Shown one piece after another: positions 27,001 through 39,253 of a DNA stretch of 64,000 nt. A program made the translations under genes and the position numbers. The DNA lies in contig OZ024740.1 of assembly GCA_964016885.1 (NCBI GenBank), positions 430,466,001-430,530,000 of the forward strand, read 5' to 3'. How positions within the stretch are numbered: position 1 is the first letter of the stretch; the number at the start of each line of letters is the position of its first letter. The notes beneath the pieces were generated by a model. The model did not search any database. It had not been told where the DNA came from and worked only from the letters and a program-made list of their open reading frames with translations. The stretch comes from Eledone cirrhosa (Eukaryota).

Positions 27001-30000
27001 TATTATAGATGTAGAGTATTGTAAAGTTATTCTAGATGTAGAGTATTGTAAAGTTATAATAGATGTAGAGTATTGTAAAGTTATATTAGATGTAGACTAT
27101 TGTAAAGTTATACTAGATGTAGAGTATTGTAAAGTTATTCTAGATGTAGAGTATTGTAAAGTTATTCTAGATGTAGAGTATTGTCAAGTTATTATAGATG
27201 TAGAGTATTGTAAAGTTATTCTAGATGTAGAGTATTGTAGTTATACTAGATGTAGAGTATTGTAGTTATACTAGATGTAGAGTATTGTAGTTATTCTAGA
27301 TGTAGAGTATTGTAAAGTTATTCTAGATGTAGACTAGTGTAAAGTTATACTAGATGTAGAGTATTGTCAAGTTATACTAGATGAAGAGTATTGTAAAGTT
27401 ATTCTAGATGTAGACTAGTGTAAAGTTATTCTAGATGTAGACTAGTGTAAAGTTATTCTAGATGTAGACTAGTGTAAAGTTATTCTAGATGTAGAGTATT
27501 GTAAAGTTATTCTAGATGTAGACTATTGTAGTTATACTAGATGTAGAGTATTGTAAAGTTATTCTAGATGTAGAGTAGTGTAAAGTTATTCTAGATGTAG
27601 AGTATTGTAAAGTTATTATAGATGTAGACTAGTGTAAAGTTATTCTAGATGTAGAGTATTGTAAAGTTATTCTAGATGTAGAGTATTGTAAAGTTATTCT
27701 AGATGCAGAGTATTGTAAAGTTATTATAGATGTAGACTATTGTAGTTATACTAGATGTAGAGTATTGTAAATTTATTATAGATGTAGACTATTGTAGTTA
27801 TTCTAGATGTAGAGTATTGTAGTTATTCTAGATGTAGAGTATTGTAAAGTTATTATAGATATAGACTATTGTAGTTATACTAGATGTAGAGTATTGTAAA
27901 GTTATACTAGATGTAGAGTATTGTAGTTATTCTAGATGTAGAGTATTGTAGTTATTCTAGATGTAGAGTATTGTAAAGTTATTCTAGATGTAGAGTATTG
28001 TAAAGTTATTCTAGATGTAGAGTATTGTAAAGTTATTCTAGATGTAGAGTATTGTCAAGTTATTATAGATGTAGAGTATTGTAAAGTTATTCTAGATGTA
28101 GAGTATTGTCAAGTTATTCTAGATGTAGAGTATTGTAAAGTTATTCTAGATGTAGAGTATTGTAAAGTTATTCTAGATGTAGAGTATTGTAAAGTTATTC
28201 TAGATGTAGAGTATTGTAAAGTTATTCTAGATGTAGAGTATTGTCAAGTTATCATAGATGTAGAGTATTGTAAAGTTATTCTAGATGTAGAGTATTGTAA
28301 AGTTATTCTAGATGTAGAGTATTGTCAAGTTATTATAGATGTAGAGTATTGTCAAGTTATTATAGATGTAGAGTATTGTCAAGTTATTATAGATGTAGAG
28401 TATTGTAAAGTTATTCTAGATGTAGAGTATTGTAAAGTTATTCTAGATGTAGAGTATTGTAAAGTTATACTAGATGTAGAGTATTGTAAAGTTATTATAG
28501 ATGTAGAGTATTGTAAAGTTATACTAGATGTAGAGTATTGTAAAGTTATTATAGATGTAGAGTATTGTAAAGTTGTACTAGATGTAGAGTATTGTAAAGT
28601 TATTCTAGATGTAGAATATTGTAAAGTTATACTAGATGTAGAGTATTGTAAAGTTATTCTAGATGTAGAGTATTGTAAAGTTATTCTAGATGTAGAGTAG
28701 TGTAAAGTTATTCTAGATGTAGAGTATTGTAAAGTTATTATAGGTGTAGACTAGTGTAAAGTTATTCTAGATGTAGAGTATTGTAAAGTTATACTAGATG
28801 TAGAGTATTGTAAAGTTATTCTAGATGTAGAGTATTGTAAAGTTATTCTAGATGTAGAGTATTGTAAAGTTATTCTAGATGTAGAGTATTGTAAAGTTAT
28901 TCTAGATGTAGAGTATTGTAAAGTTATACTAGATGTAGAGTATTGTAAAGTTATTCTAGATGTAGAGTATTGTAAAGTTATTCTAGATGTAGAGTATTGT
29001 AAAGTTATTCTAGATGTAGAGTATTGTAAAGTTATTCTAGATGTAGAGTATTATAAAGTTATTATAGATGTAGACTATTGTAGTTATACTAGATGTAGAG
29101 TATTGTAAAGTTAGACTAGATGTAGAGTATTGTAGTTATTCTAGATGTAGAGTATTGTAAAGTTATTATAGATGTAGACTATTGTAGTTATACTAGATGT
29201 AGAGTATTGTAGTTATTCTAGATGTAGAGTATTGTAAAGTTATTATAGATATAGACTATTGTAGTTATACTAGATGTAGAGTATTGTAAAGTTATACTAG
29301 ATGTAGAGTATTGTAGTTATTCTAGATGTAGAGTATTGTAGTTATTCTAGATGTAGAGTATTGTAGTTATTCTAGATGTAGAGTATTGTAAAGTTATTCT
29401 AGATGTAGAGTATTGTAAAGTTATACTAGATGTAGAGTATTGTCAAGTTATCATAGATGTAGAGTATTGTCAAGTTATCATAGATGTAGAGTATTGTAAA
29501 GTTATACTAGATGTAGAGTATTATAAAGTTATTCTAGATGTAGAGTATTGTCAAGTTATTATAGATGTAGAGTATTGTCAAGTTATTATAGATGTAGAGT
29601 ATTGTAACGTTATTATAGATGTAGAGTATTGTAAAGTTATTCTAGATGTAGAGTATTGTAAAGTTATTATAGATGTAGAGTATTGTAAAGTTATTCTAGA
29701 TGTAGAGTATTGTAAAGTTATTCTAGATGTAGAGTATTGTCAAGTTATCATAGATGTAGAGTATTGTCAAGTTATCATAGATGTAGAGTATTGTAAAGTT
29801 ACACTAGATGTAGAGTACTATAAAGTTATTCTAGATGTAGAGTATTGTCAAGTTATTATAGATGTAGAGTATTGTCAAGTTATTATAGATGTAGAGTATT
29901 GTAAAGTTATTCTAGATGTAGAGTATTGTAAAGTTATACTAGATGTAGAGTATTGTAAAGTTATTCTAGATGTAGAATATTGTAAAGTTATACTAGATGT

Positions 30001-33000
30001 AGAGTATTGTAAAGTTATTATAGATGTAGAGTATTGTAAAGTTATACTAGATGTAGAGTATTGTAAAGTTATTCTAGATGTAGAATATTGTAAAGTTATA
30101 CTAGACGTAGAGTATTGTAAAGTTATTCTAGATGTAGAGTATTGTAAAGTTATTCTAGATGTAGAGTATTGTAAAGTTATTACAGATGTAGACTATTGTA
30201 GTTATACTAGATGTAGAGTATTGTAAAGTTATTATAGATGTAGAGTATTGTAGTTATTCTAGATGTAGAGTATTGTAAAGTTATTATAGATGTAGACTAT
30301 TGTAAAGTTATACTAGATGTAGAGTATTGTAAAGTTATTATAGATGTAGAGTATTGTAAAGTTATTCTAGATGTAGAGTATTGTAAAGTTATTCTAGATG
30401 TAGAGTATTGTAAAGTTATTCTAGATGTAGAGTATTGTAAAGTTATAATAGATGTAGAGTATTGTAAAGTTATATTAGATGTAGACTATTGTAAAGTTAT
30501 ACTAGATGTAGAGTATTGTAAAGTTATTCTAGATGTAGAGTATTGTAAAGTTATTCTAGATGTAGAGTATTGTCAAGTTATCGATGTAGAGTATTGTAAA
30601 GTTATACTAGATGTAGAGTATTGTAAAGTTATTCTAGATGTAGAGTATTGTAAAGTTATTCTAGATGTAGAGTATTGTAAAGTTTTTCTAGATGTAGAGT
30701 ATTGTAAAGTTATTCTAGATGTAGAGTATTGTAAAGTTATTCTAGATGTAGAGTATTGTAAAGTTATTCTAGATGTAGATTATTGTAAAGTTATTCTAGA
30801 TGTAGAGTATTGTAGTTTTATTAGATGTAGAGTATTGTAAAGTTATTCTAGATGTAGAGTATTGTAAAGTTATTATAGATGTAGACTATTGTAGTTTTAT
30901 TAGATGTAGAGTATTGTAAAGTTATTCTAGATGTAGAGTATTGTAAAGTTATTCTAGATGTAGAGTATTGTAAAGTTATTATAGATGTAGAGTAGTGTAA
31001 AGTTATTCTAGATGTAGAGTATTGTAAAGTTATTCTAGATGTAGAGTATTGTAAAGTTATTCTAGATGTAGATTATTGTAAAGTTATTCTAGATGTAGAG
31101 TATTGTAGTTTTATTAGATGTAGAGTATTGTAAAGTTATTCTAGATGTAGAGTATTGTAAAGTTATTATAGATGTAGACTATTGTAGTTTTATTAGATGT
31201 AGAGTATTGTAAAGTTATTCTAGATGTAGAGTATTGTAAAGTTATTCTAGATGTAGAGTATTGTAAAGTTATTCTAGATGTAGAGTATTGTAAAGTTATT
31301 ATAGATGTAGAGTAGTGTAAAGTTATTCTAGATGTAGAGTATTGTAAAGTTATTCTAGATGTAGAGTATTGTAAAGTTATTCTAGATGTAGACTATTGTA
31401 GTTTTATTAGATGTAGACTATTGTAAAGTTATACTAGATGTAGAGTATTGTAAAGTTATTCTAGATGTAGAGTATTGTAAAGTTATTCTAGATGTAGAGT
31501 ATTGTAAAGTTATTATAGATGTAGAGTATTGTAAAGTTATTCTAGATGTAGACTATTGTAGTTTTATTAGATGTAGAGTATTGTAAAGTTATACTAGATG
31601 TAGAGTATTGTAAAGTTATTCTAGATGTAGAGTATTGTAGTTATACTAGACGTAGAGTAGTGTAAAGTTATACTAGATGTAGAGTATTGTAGTTATACTA
31701 GATGTAGAGTATTGTAAAGTTATTCTAGATGTAGAGTATTGTAAAGTTATTCTAGATGTAGAGTATTGTAAAGTTATTCTAGATGTAGAGTATTGTAAAG
31801 TTATTATAGATGTAGAGTATTGTAAAGTTATACTAGATGTAGACTATTGTAAAGTTATTCTAGATGTAGAGTATTGTAAAGTTATACTAGATGTAGAGTA
31901 TTGTAAAGTTATACTAGATGTAGAGTATTGTAAAGTTATACTATATGTAGAGTATTGTAAAGTTATTCTAGATGTAGAGTATTGTAAAGTTATACTATAT
32001 GTAGAGTATTGTAAAGTTATTCTAGATGTAGAGTATTGTAAAGTTATTCTAGACGTAGACTATTGTAAAGTTATACTAGATGTAGAGTATTGTAAAGTTA
32101 TACTATATGTAGAGTATTGTAAAGTTATACTAGATGTAGAGTATTGTAAAGTTATTCTAGATGTAGAGTATTGTAAAGTTATACTATATGTAGAGTATTG
32201 TAAAGTTATACTAGATGTAGAGTATTGTAAAGTTATTCTAGATGTAGAGTATTGTAAAGTTATTCTAGATGTAGAGTATTGTAAAGTTATTCTAGACGTA
32301 GACTATTGTAAAGTTATACTATATGTAGAGTATTGTAAAGTTATTCTAGATGTAGAGTATTGTAAAGTTATACTAGATGTAGAGTATTGTAAAGTTATTC
32401 TAGATGTAGAGCATTGTAAAGTTATTCTAGATGTAGAGTATTGTAAAGTTATACTATATGTAGAGTATTGTAAAGTTATACTAGATGTAGAGTATTGTAA
32501 AGTTATTCTAGATGTAGAGTATTGTAAAGTTATTCTAGATGTAGAGTATTGTAAAGTTATACTAGATGTAGAGTATTGTAAAGTTATACTAGATGTAGAG
32601 TATTGTAAAGTTATACTAGATGTAGAGTATTCTAAATTTATTCTAGATGTAGAGTATTGTAAAGTTATTCTAGATGTAGAGTATTGTAAAGTTATTATAG
32701 ATGTAGAGTATCGTAAAGTTATACTAGATGTAGACTATCGTAAAGTTATTCTAGATGTAGAGTATTGTAAAGTTATACTATATGTAGAGTATTGTAAAGT
32801 TATACTAGATGTAGAGTATTGTAAAGTTATACTATATGTAGAGTATTGTAAAGTTATTCTAGATGTAGAGTATTGTAAAGTTATACTAGATGTAGAGTAT
32901 TGTAAAGTTATACTAGATGTAGAGTATTGTAAAGTTATACTATATGTAGAGTATTGTAAAGTTATACTAGATGTAGAGTATTGTAAAGTTATTCTAGATG

Positions 33001-33346
33001 TAGACTATTGTAAAGTTATTCTAGATGTAGAGTATTGTAAAGTTATACTAGATGTAGAGTATTGTAAAGTTATTATAGATGTAGAGCAAAGGTTCTCAAC
33101 GGAGGGCGTTTGGGAGCAAGGTCCCGTTCGGGGAGTGCTTGAAGGCTCTTTACTTTGGTAAGTAAAGTTATACTAGGTGTAGAGTATTGTAAAGTTATTC
33201 TAGATGTAGAGTATTGTAAAGTTATTATAGACGTAGACTATTGTAAAGTTATACTAGATGTAGAGTATTGTAAAGTTATACTAGATGTAGAGTATTGTAA
33301 AGTTATTCTAGATGTAGAGTATTGTAAAGTTATTATAAATGTAGAA
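24035..33346. repeat. 27-bp satellite, ~340 copies (left arm)
   Basis: Unit GATGTAGA(G/C)TATTGTAAAGTTAT(T/A)(C/A)TA with 25-bp deletion variants; interrupted at 33087-33163 by a captured hAT end. Confidence 0.99.
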
Positions 33347-33702
33347 AAAAGGTTCCCAACGGGGGGCGTTTGGGAGCAAGGTCCCGTAAGAGGGGTGCTT
33401 GAAGGCTCTTTACTTTGGTAAGTTTTATATGCCATATTTGTATGTCTTTGAGACAGCCAGTGTGAATGCATTTCAATGAGCTTGCAGACAGCATAACTAT
33501 AGTCTGACCGCAGGTGTGCAGGCGTGTCCGGTAATTGATACATTAACCAGTTATTGAGATCCTAAAAATGGAAAATCCCACAGTCAACTGGGTCAAGGAT
33601 ACGTTGAGTGCAGTCAGTTAGAATCTTATCTTTCCTTCACCGATAATGTATTTCATGTCTGATATTATTGACTCGACCGTAATGAGTTAACATTATGTAG
33701 AT

Positions 33703-34547
33703 CTAAAGGGTTCTCCCTAAAAATGAAAGGCAGGTTGTATGATGCCTGCATACGAACAGCAATGTTGCATGGCAGTGAGACCTGGGCATTGTGCGCAGAG
33801 GATATACGCAGACTAGAGAGGAACGAAGCTTGCATGCTCCGCTGGATGTGTAATAGTAATATACGTGAACGGCAAAGCATAAACGAACTAAGGAAAAAAT
33901 TAGAAATAAGAGGGATCAGATGTTGTTTACTCGAGAGAAGGCTACGTTGGTACGGACACGTGATGCGCATGAAAGTCGATAGCTGTATAACAAAGTGCAG
34001 GGCAATAAAGATAGACGGTAGCCATGGAATAGGCAGACCTAGAAAATCCTGGGACGAGCTGATAAATTCCGACCTCACACACTTACACCTCTCCAAGACA
34101 ATGTCACTGGACCGAGACCTTTGGCGGTACTCAGTAATAGAGAAGACCCGCCTTACCTAAATACATAGTAAAACCTACTACAGCCAGTAGGCATCTCTAA
34201 CAAAATACACCCCCGTCCCACCACCCACACCCCCATCCACACCACCCCCTCCTATGTAAAGTTATGTTGGTGCCACAACATCCAGGCCGAAACAAATGAG
34301 ATCGTGTAGGTGTCACGACAAAAAAACACACAGTCCACGCTGTAAATGTGGCCGTGTAGGCAACACGGTAAAAACCTCCCAGTCCCACACTGTAAATGTG
34401 GTTGGTGTTAGGAAGGGCATCCAACTGTAGAAAACCTGCCAGACAGTCCTATGCGAGCAAGACAATCACTCTTGCCTCAAGTGGGAATGCCCCCGTCCAA
34501 ACCCATGCAAGCGTGGAACACGGACGTTAAACGTTGATGATGATGAT
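33703..34547 (+). mobile_element. RTE family B 3' fragment inside the hAT element
   Basis: ORF 33723-34160 (MKGRLYDAC...IEKTRLT), 3' UTR and (GAT)n tail. Confidence 0.92.
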
Positions 34548-34614
34548 TTCATTCCCTATTGTATAAATAATATTTCAAATAAAAAAAAAGAAAAGAAAAA
34601 CAGAAGTGGGTAGC

Positions 34615-34908
34615 ACACACATCTAGGACCACATACATCATATAAGCAGGTAATACATACATCTAGGATCACATACAACACATAAGCAGGTAATATACAC
34701 ATCTAGGATCACATACAACACATAATCAGGTAATACACACATCTAGGACCACATACAACACATAAGCACGTAATACATGCAACACATAATGAGGTAATAC
34801 AAACATCTAGGACCATATACAACACATAATCAGGTAATACAAACATCTAGGCCCACATACAACACATAAGCAGGTATTACACACATCTAGGACCACATAC
34901 AATACACA
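34615..34908. repeat. ~37-39 bp tandem repeat, ~8 copies
   Basis: ACACATCTAGGACCACATACAACACATAAGCAGGTAAT repeated. Confidence 0.88.
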
Positions 34909-36690
34909 TTGTATCATGTGCTACAGACGATGCAAGAGCAATGGTCAGCCAATACAAGGCCTTCGTCACTCTTCTGAAGAGAGAAAATCTATCTGTATTT
35001 GCTGTTCATTGTGTCATTCATCGACAACACTTGGCTGCGAATAAACTCGGGAAGCCGCTAAGCAAGTCCTTGCAGGTGGCAATTGATGTCATCAATTTTA
35101 TCAAACGGCATTCCCTCAATGTACAAATTTTCCGGCAACTGTGCCAAGATAATGACGAAGAATTCGTCAAGTTGCTCCTTCATACTAAGGTGGCTTTCAA
35201 AGGGCAAGTGCTTTACTCACTTCTTTGAACTCTTCGGCTGTATCATTGAGTTTCTGCGAGGATGCAACACAGAACTGTACAAGAAAACCCTCGATGTGAG
35301 GCAAGATTGCGCCGACCTCACCAACATCTTCGACAAATGCAACAGCGTCATTTTGGCTTTGCAGGGGAAGAAGATCACCTTGCTTAACCCTTTAGCATTC
35401 AAACCGATAAAAACCGACAAGATTATGTCCCCTTTCATTTATTCAAACCGACATTTAATACCACACGGAGATCTCCTTCTAAAAATAAACATTGACATCA
35501 TCGAAATCTCGTCAATTCGAGATTACTGCGAGATAAAGCCCTTACGCGCGAAAATTAACTCTTAGTATAGTTAAAGAACTTGCGATAACACGTGTTTTTA
35601 ACGTTGAAAGTGTAACATGGCTTCCGAAAGTAGCGACAACGAATTTGAAGGTTTTACGTCCGACGACATTCGAGATCAAAAGGAAACAGAAGATAATATC
35701 AGTGATTTATCTTCAAACGAATCAGATATATTTATTTCTGATATATCTGATAGTCACTTTGAAAGTGAAAGAGAAGATTTGACTGACACCATTGAAAAAA
35801 CACCAACGTGGTTGAAAGAAACAACATCGATACATGTTTCGGATTTTACTGAAAATATTGGACCACAACACACATTACCACCCGATGCTAAAGCACTGGA
35901 TTATTATTTTTTTATTTTTACCACAAACTTTCTTCGAAGTTGTGGCAAATCGCTATGCACAACAACAAATTTCTAATATTGGAAAACCCGATCTGTTATG
36001 GCGTCCGACAGATTCTGCCGAAATGAAAGCGTTTTTTACCATAAATATTATGTTTGGTATTAAACAATATCCACGACTGGAATTATTGGAGTACTGATAT
36101 AAGGTTTGTTGACCCTTATATATCTAGTATTATGGCAAAAACGAGATTCATTAAATTAAACCAGTATTTGCATCTGGTTGATACTTCAAATGCCCCTGGT
36201 AGAAATGAATCGAATTACGACCCACTGTACAAAGTACGACCATTAATTGAAATATTGTCAGAAAAATTTAAAAGTGTGTATAAACTTATATATTGGCAAC
36301 ATTCTGTTACGTAAATTTACACCGTACATTTACAGAGTACATTGCCAATATTATTTTGACTGGTGAAAAGGTTTTATACATTTTTTTCAATGAAAATATT
36401 TGCCTGGAATGTAGAGAAAGACTAAAACCTTGTACTGATTACACCTGCATTTTTAATTAATTCACCTGTTCGGAAAACTGCTAGAATTGATGGAAATCAG
36501 CATCTAGGTCATTATTGGATTTTTTTTGCAACAAATCTAACAGATAAGGCAGATAAAGTTTAAATTTTTGTGTTTATCCATAAAGTTATTACTTTTACAC
36601 CTGTTAATTAATTTCACCTGCCCATAAAAGTCAAATTTAACAAAAAAAAAATCAGGTAAAAATATATAATTGTAAATTATAGTTATTTAA

Positions 36691-39253
36691 CCCTTTAGCA
36701 TTCACATTGAATTGTCAAATGTCATGTTCATCTATTTGCATTATTTTCACTTAATTATACTCAAGAGGGTTATCGATTTTATTTGTTTGTAATTACTTTA
36801 ATTTTCTATGTGCAGACTTGAAATTTTGTCAGTAGATGTTTAAAGAACTATAATTTACAATTATATATTTTTACCTGATTTTTTTTGTTAAATTTGACTT
36901 TTATGGGCAGGTGAAATTAATTAACAGGTGTAAAAGTAATAACTTTATGGATAAACACAAAAATTTAAACTTTATCTGCCTTACCTGTTAGATTTGTTGC
37001 AAAAAAATCCAATAATGATCTAGATGCTGATTTCCATCAATTCTAGCAGTTTTCCGAACAGGTGAATTAATTAAAAATGCAGGTGTAATCAGTACAAGGT
37101 TTTAGTCTTTCTCTACATTTCAGGCAAATATTTTCATTGAAAAAAATGTATAAAACCTTTTCACCAGTCAAAATAATATTGGCAATGTACTCTTACACAA
37201 TGTACGGTGTAAAATTACGTAACAGAATGTTCCCAATATATAAGTTCATTAACAGGTGTGATGCAGGTGTGTCACAGGTGAATGCAGGTGTTTTTGTATA
37301 TGTGTGCTAATATATTTTTAAAATATTGTTTTCAATATTGTCAGACAATATTTCTATCGTGATACTGCCCAAAGCACCCTTTACATAATGGCACTTTGCA
37401 AAAGGAACACATAAATAGGGTTTGGATTGCGTAACCTTTAACAGTTTTTCTCTTTTGCAAAGAGCACAATCGGCAAACCTTCCTCCTACCATCAATTCTC
37501 TCCACTTTATGAAAATCAATATTTTCTTTGTGGACCACTGCTAATTTTGATTTTTTCCCAGCTTTGTGTTTGCGAGAAGTATATCCCCCACGTAGCTGGG
37601 ATGCAATGTCCACGCGAAATTTCATGTGGCAGTAGTCCTTTGGTGGTGGCGGATCCTTGTGGCTTTTAGTAAATACAATAAAAGAATTCACAATGGTTAA
37701 ATTCACTAAAAACCACAAGATGTATCTCCACCATTTCTTTCCAGGGCGTCCAACTGGGTAATACGCGCAATATTGGTCGGATTTGTCAACCCCACCCATA
37801 TATTTATTGTAGGAGAGGTTAACTAAAGGTCTACCCTCAGCCCCAACACCTGGTTGTTGGTTAGAACTCAGGAACAAAATTTGCCGTTTGTCTTTGAACA
37901 CTGTGGCTAACATGTTCTCTTTTTGCATTTGGAGAATGTCTCCTCTGTTTTTTAGTTTCGTAACTTTTATTTCTTGGGGTAGCCCTTTCCGATTGCTCAT
38001 TATTGTGCCGCAGGTGTATGTATTTACAAGGGCAAGATCCTCTGCTAAAAGCACCGAAGAAAAAAAACGGTCAAAATAAATATGTCTGTGTTGAGAGTGG
38101 AAGGGTTGAGTCAGCGACCACACAACATCGTAACCCAACCCGTGCTTTCTCTCTCCGTTAAGTTTTTTTCCTGTGTAAACATCAAAGTTTACACAGTATC
38201 CCGTGTCCGATTCACACAGTTCCCACACTTTGATGCCCCATTTGGTGGGTTTAGCTGGCATATACTGTCTGAAATGAACCCTACCCTTATACCCAATCAT
38301 AGCTTCATCAACACTAAGATTTTTTCCAGGTATATACATACTTTTAAATTTTTCTGTCAACATTTCAATTAATGGTCGTACTTTGTACAGTGGGTCGTAA
38401 TTCGATTCATTTCTACCAGGGGCATTTGTGGTATCAACCAGATGCAAATACTGGTTTAATTTTATAAATCTCGTTTTTGCCATAATACTAGATATATAAG
38501 GGTCACCAAACCTTATATCAGTACTCCAATAATTCCACAGTCGTGGATATTGTTTAATACCAAACATAATGTTTATGGTAAAAAACGCTTTCATTTCGGC
38601 AGAATCTGTCGGACGCCATAACAGATCAGGTTTTCCTCGGTTAGAAATTTGTTGCTGTGCATAGCGATTTGTCTCTTCTGCCACAACTTCGAAGAAAGTT
38701 GGGGGTAAAAATAAAAAAAAATAATCCAGTGCTTTAGCATCGGGTGGTAATGTGTGTTGTGGTCCAGTATTTTCATTAAAATCCGAAACATGTATCAGTG
38801 TTGTTTCTTTCAACCACGTTGGTGTTTTTTCAATGGTGTCAGATATATCTTCGCTTTCACTTTCAAAGTGACTATCATCATCATCAGATATATCAGAAAT
38901 AAATATATCTGATTCGTTTGAAGATAAATCACTGATATTATCTTCTGTTTCCTTTTGATCTCGAATGTCGTCGGACGTAAAACCTTCAAATTCGTTGTCG
39001 CTACTTTCGGAAGCCATGTTACAATTTCAAAGTTAAAAACACGTGTTATCGCAAGGTCTTTAACTATACTAAGAGTTCATTTTCGTGCGTAAGGGCTTTA
39101 TCTCGCTGTAATCTCGAATTGAGATTTCGATGATGTCAATGTTTATTTTTAGAAGGAGATCTACGTGTGGTCTGAAATGTCGGTTTTTGTCGGTTTGAAT
39201 AAATGAAAGGGGACATAATCTTGTCGGATTTTGTCGCTTTGAACGCTAAAGGG
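36691..39253 (-). mobile_element. Full-length, potentially autonomous piggyBac element (2563 bp)
   Basis: TTAA at 36687-36690 and 39254-39257; TIRs CCCTTTAGCATTCA / CCCTTTAGCGTTCA; intact ORF. Confidence 0.95.
37341..39017 (-). CDS. piggyBac transposase (PGBD4-like), 558 aa
   Basis: Acidic N-terminus; YDPLYKVRP; DDD triad in SVDEAM, YFDRFF and MGGVDKSD; KPTKWGIK; C-terminal Cys-rich CRLC...CSFCKVPLCKGCFGQYH. Confidence 0.95.
   Translation of the reverse strand: MASESSDNEFEGFTSDDIRDQKETEDNISDLSSNESDIFISDISDDDDSHFESESEDISDTIEKTPTWLKETTLIHVSDFNENTGPQHTLPPDAKALDYFFLFLPPTFFEVVAEETNRYAQQQISNRGKPDLLWRPTDSAEMKAFFTINIMFGIKQYPRLWNYWSTDIRFGDPYISSIMAKTRFIKLNQYLHLVDTTNAPGRNESNYDPLYKVRPLIEMLTEKFKSMYIPGKNLSVDEAMIGYKGRVHFRQYMPAKPTKWGIKVWELCESDTGYCVNFDVYTGKKLNGERKHGLGYDVVWSLTQPFHSQHRHIYFDRFFSSVLLAEDLALVNTYTCGTIMSNRKGLPQEIKVTKLKNRGDILQMQKENMLATVFKDKRQILFLSSNQQPGVGAEGRPLVNLSYNKYMGGVDKSDQYCAYYPVGRPGKKWWRYILWFLVNLTIVNSFIVFTKSHKDPPPPKDYCHMKFRVDIASQLRGGYTSRKHKAGKKSKLAVVHKENIDFHKVERIDGRRKVCRLCSLQKRKTVKGYAIQTLFMCSFCKVPLCKGCFGQYHDRNIV

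Noticed and set aside
35600-35976. Possible RUVBL1-piggyBac fusion by exon trapping (CSB-PGBD3 style)
   Set aside because: The AG at 35609-35610 is weak and phase 0, whereas exon D ends in phase 1. This copy is frameshifted and deleted, and the intact copy is antisense.
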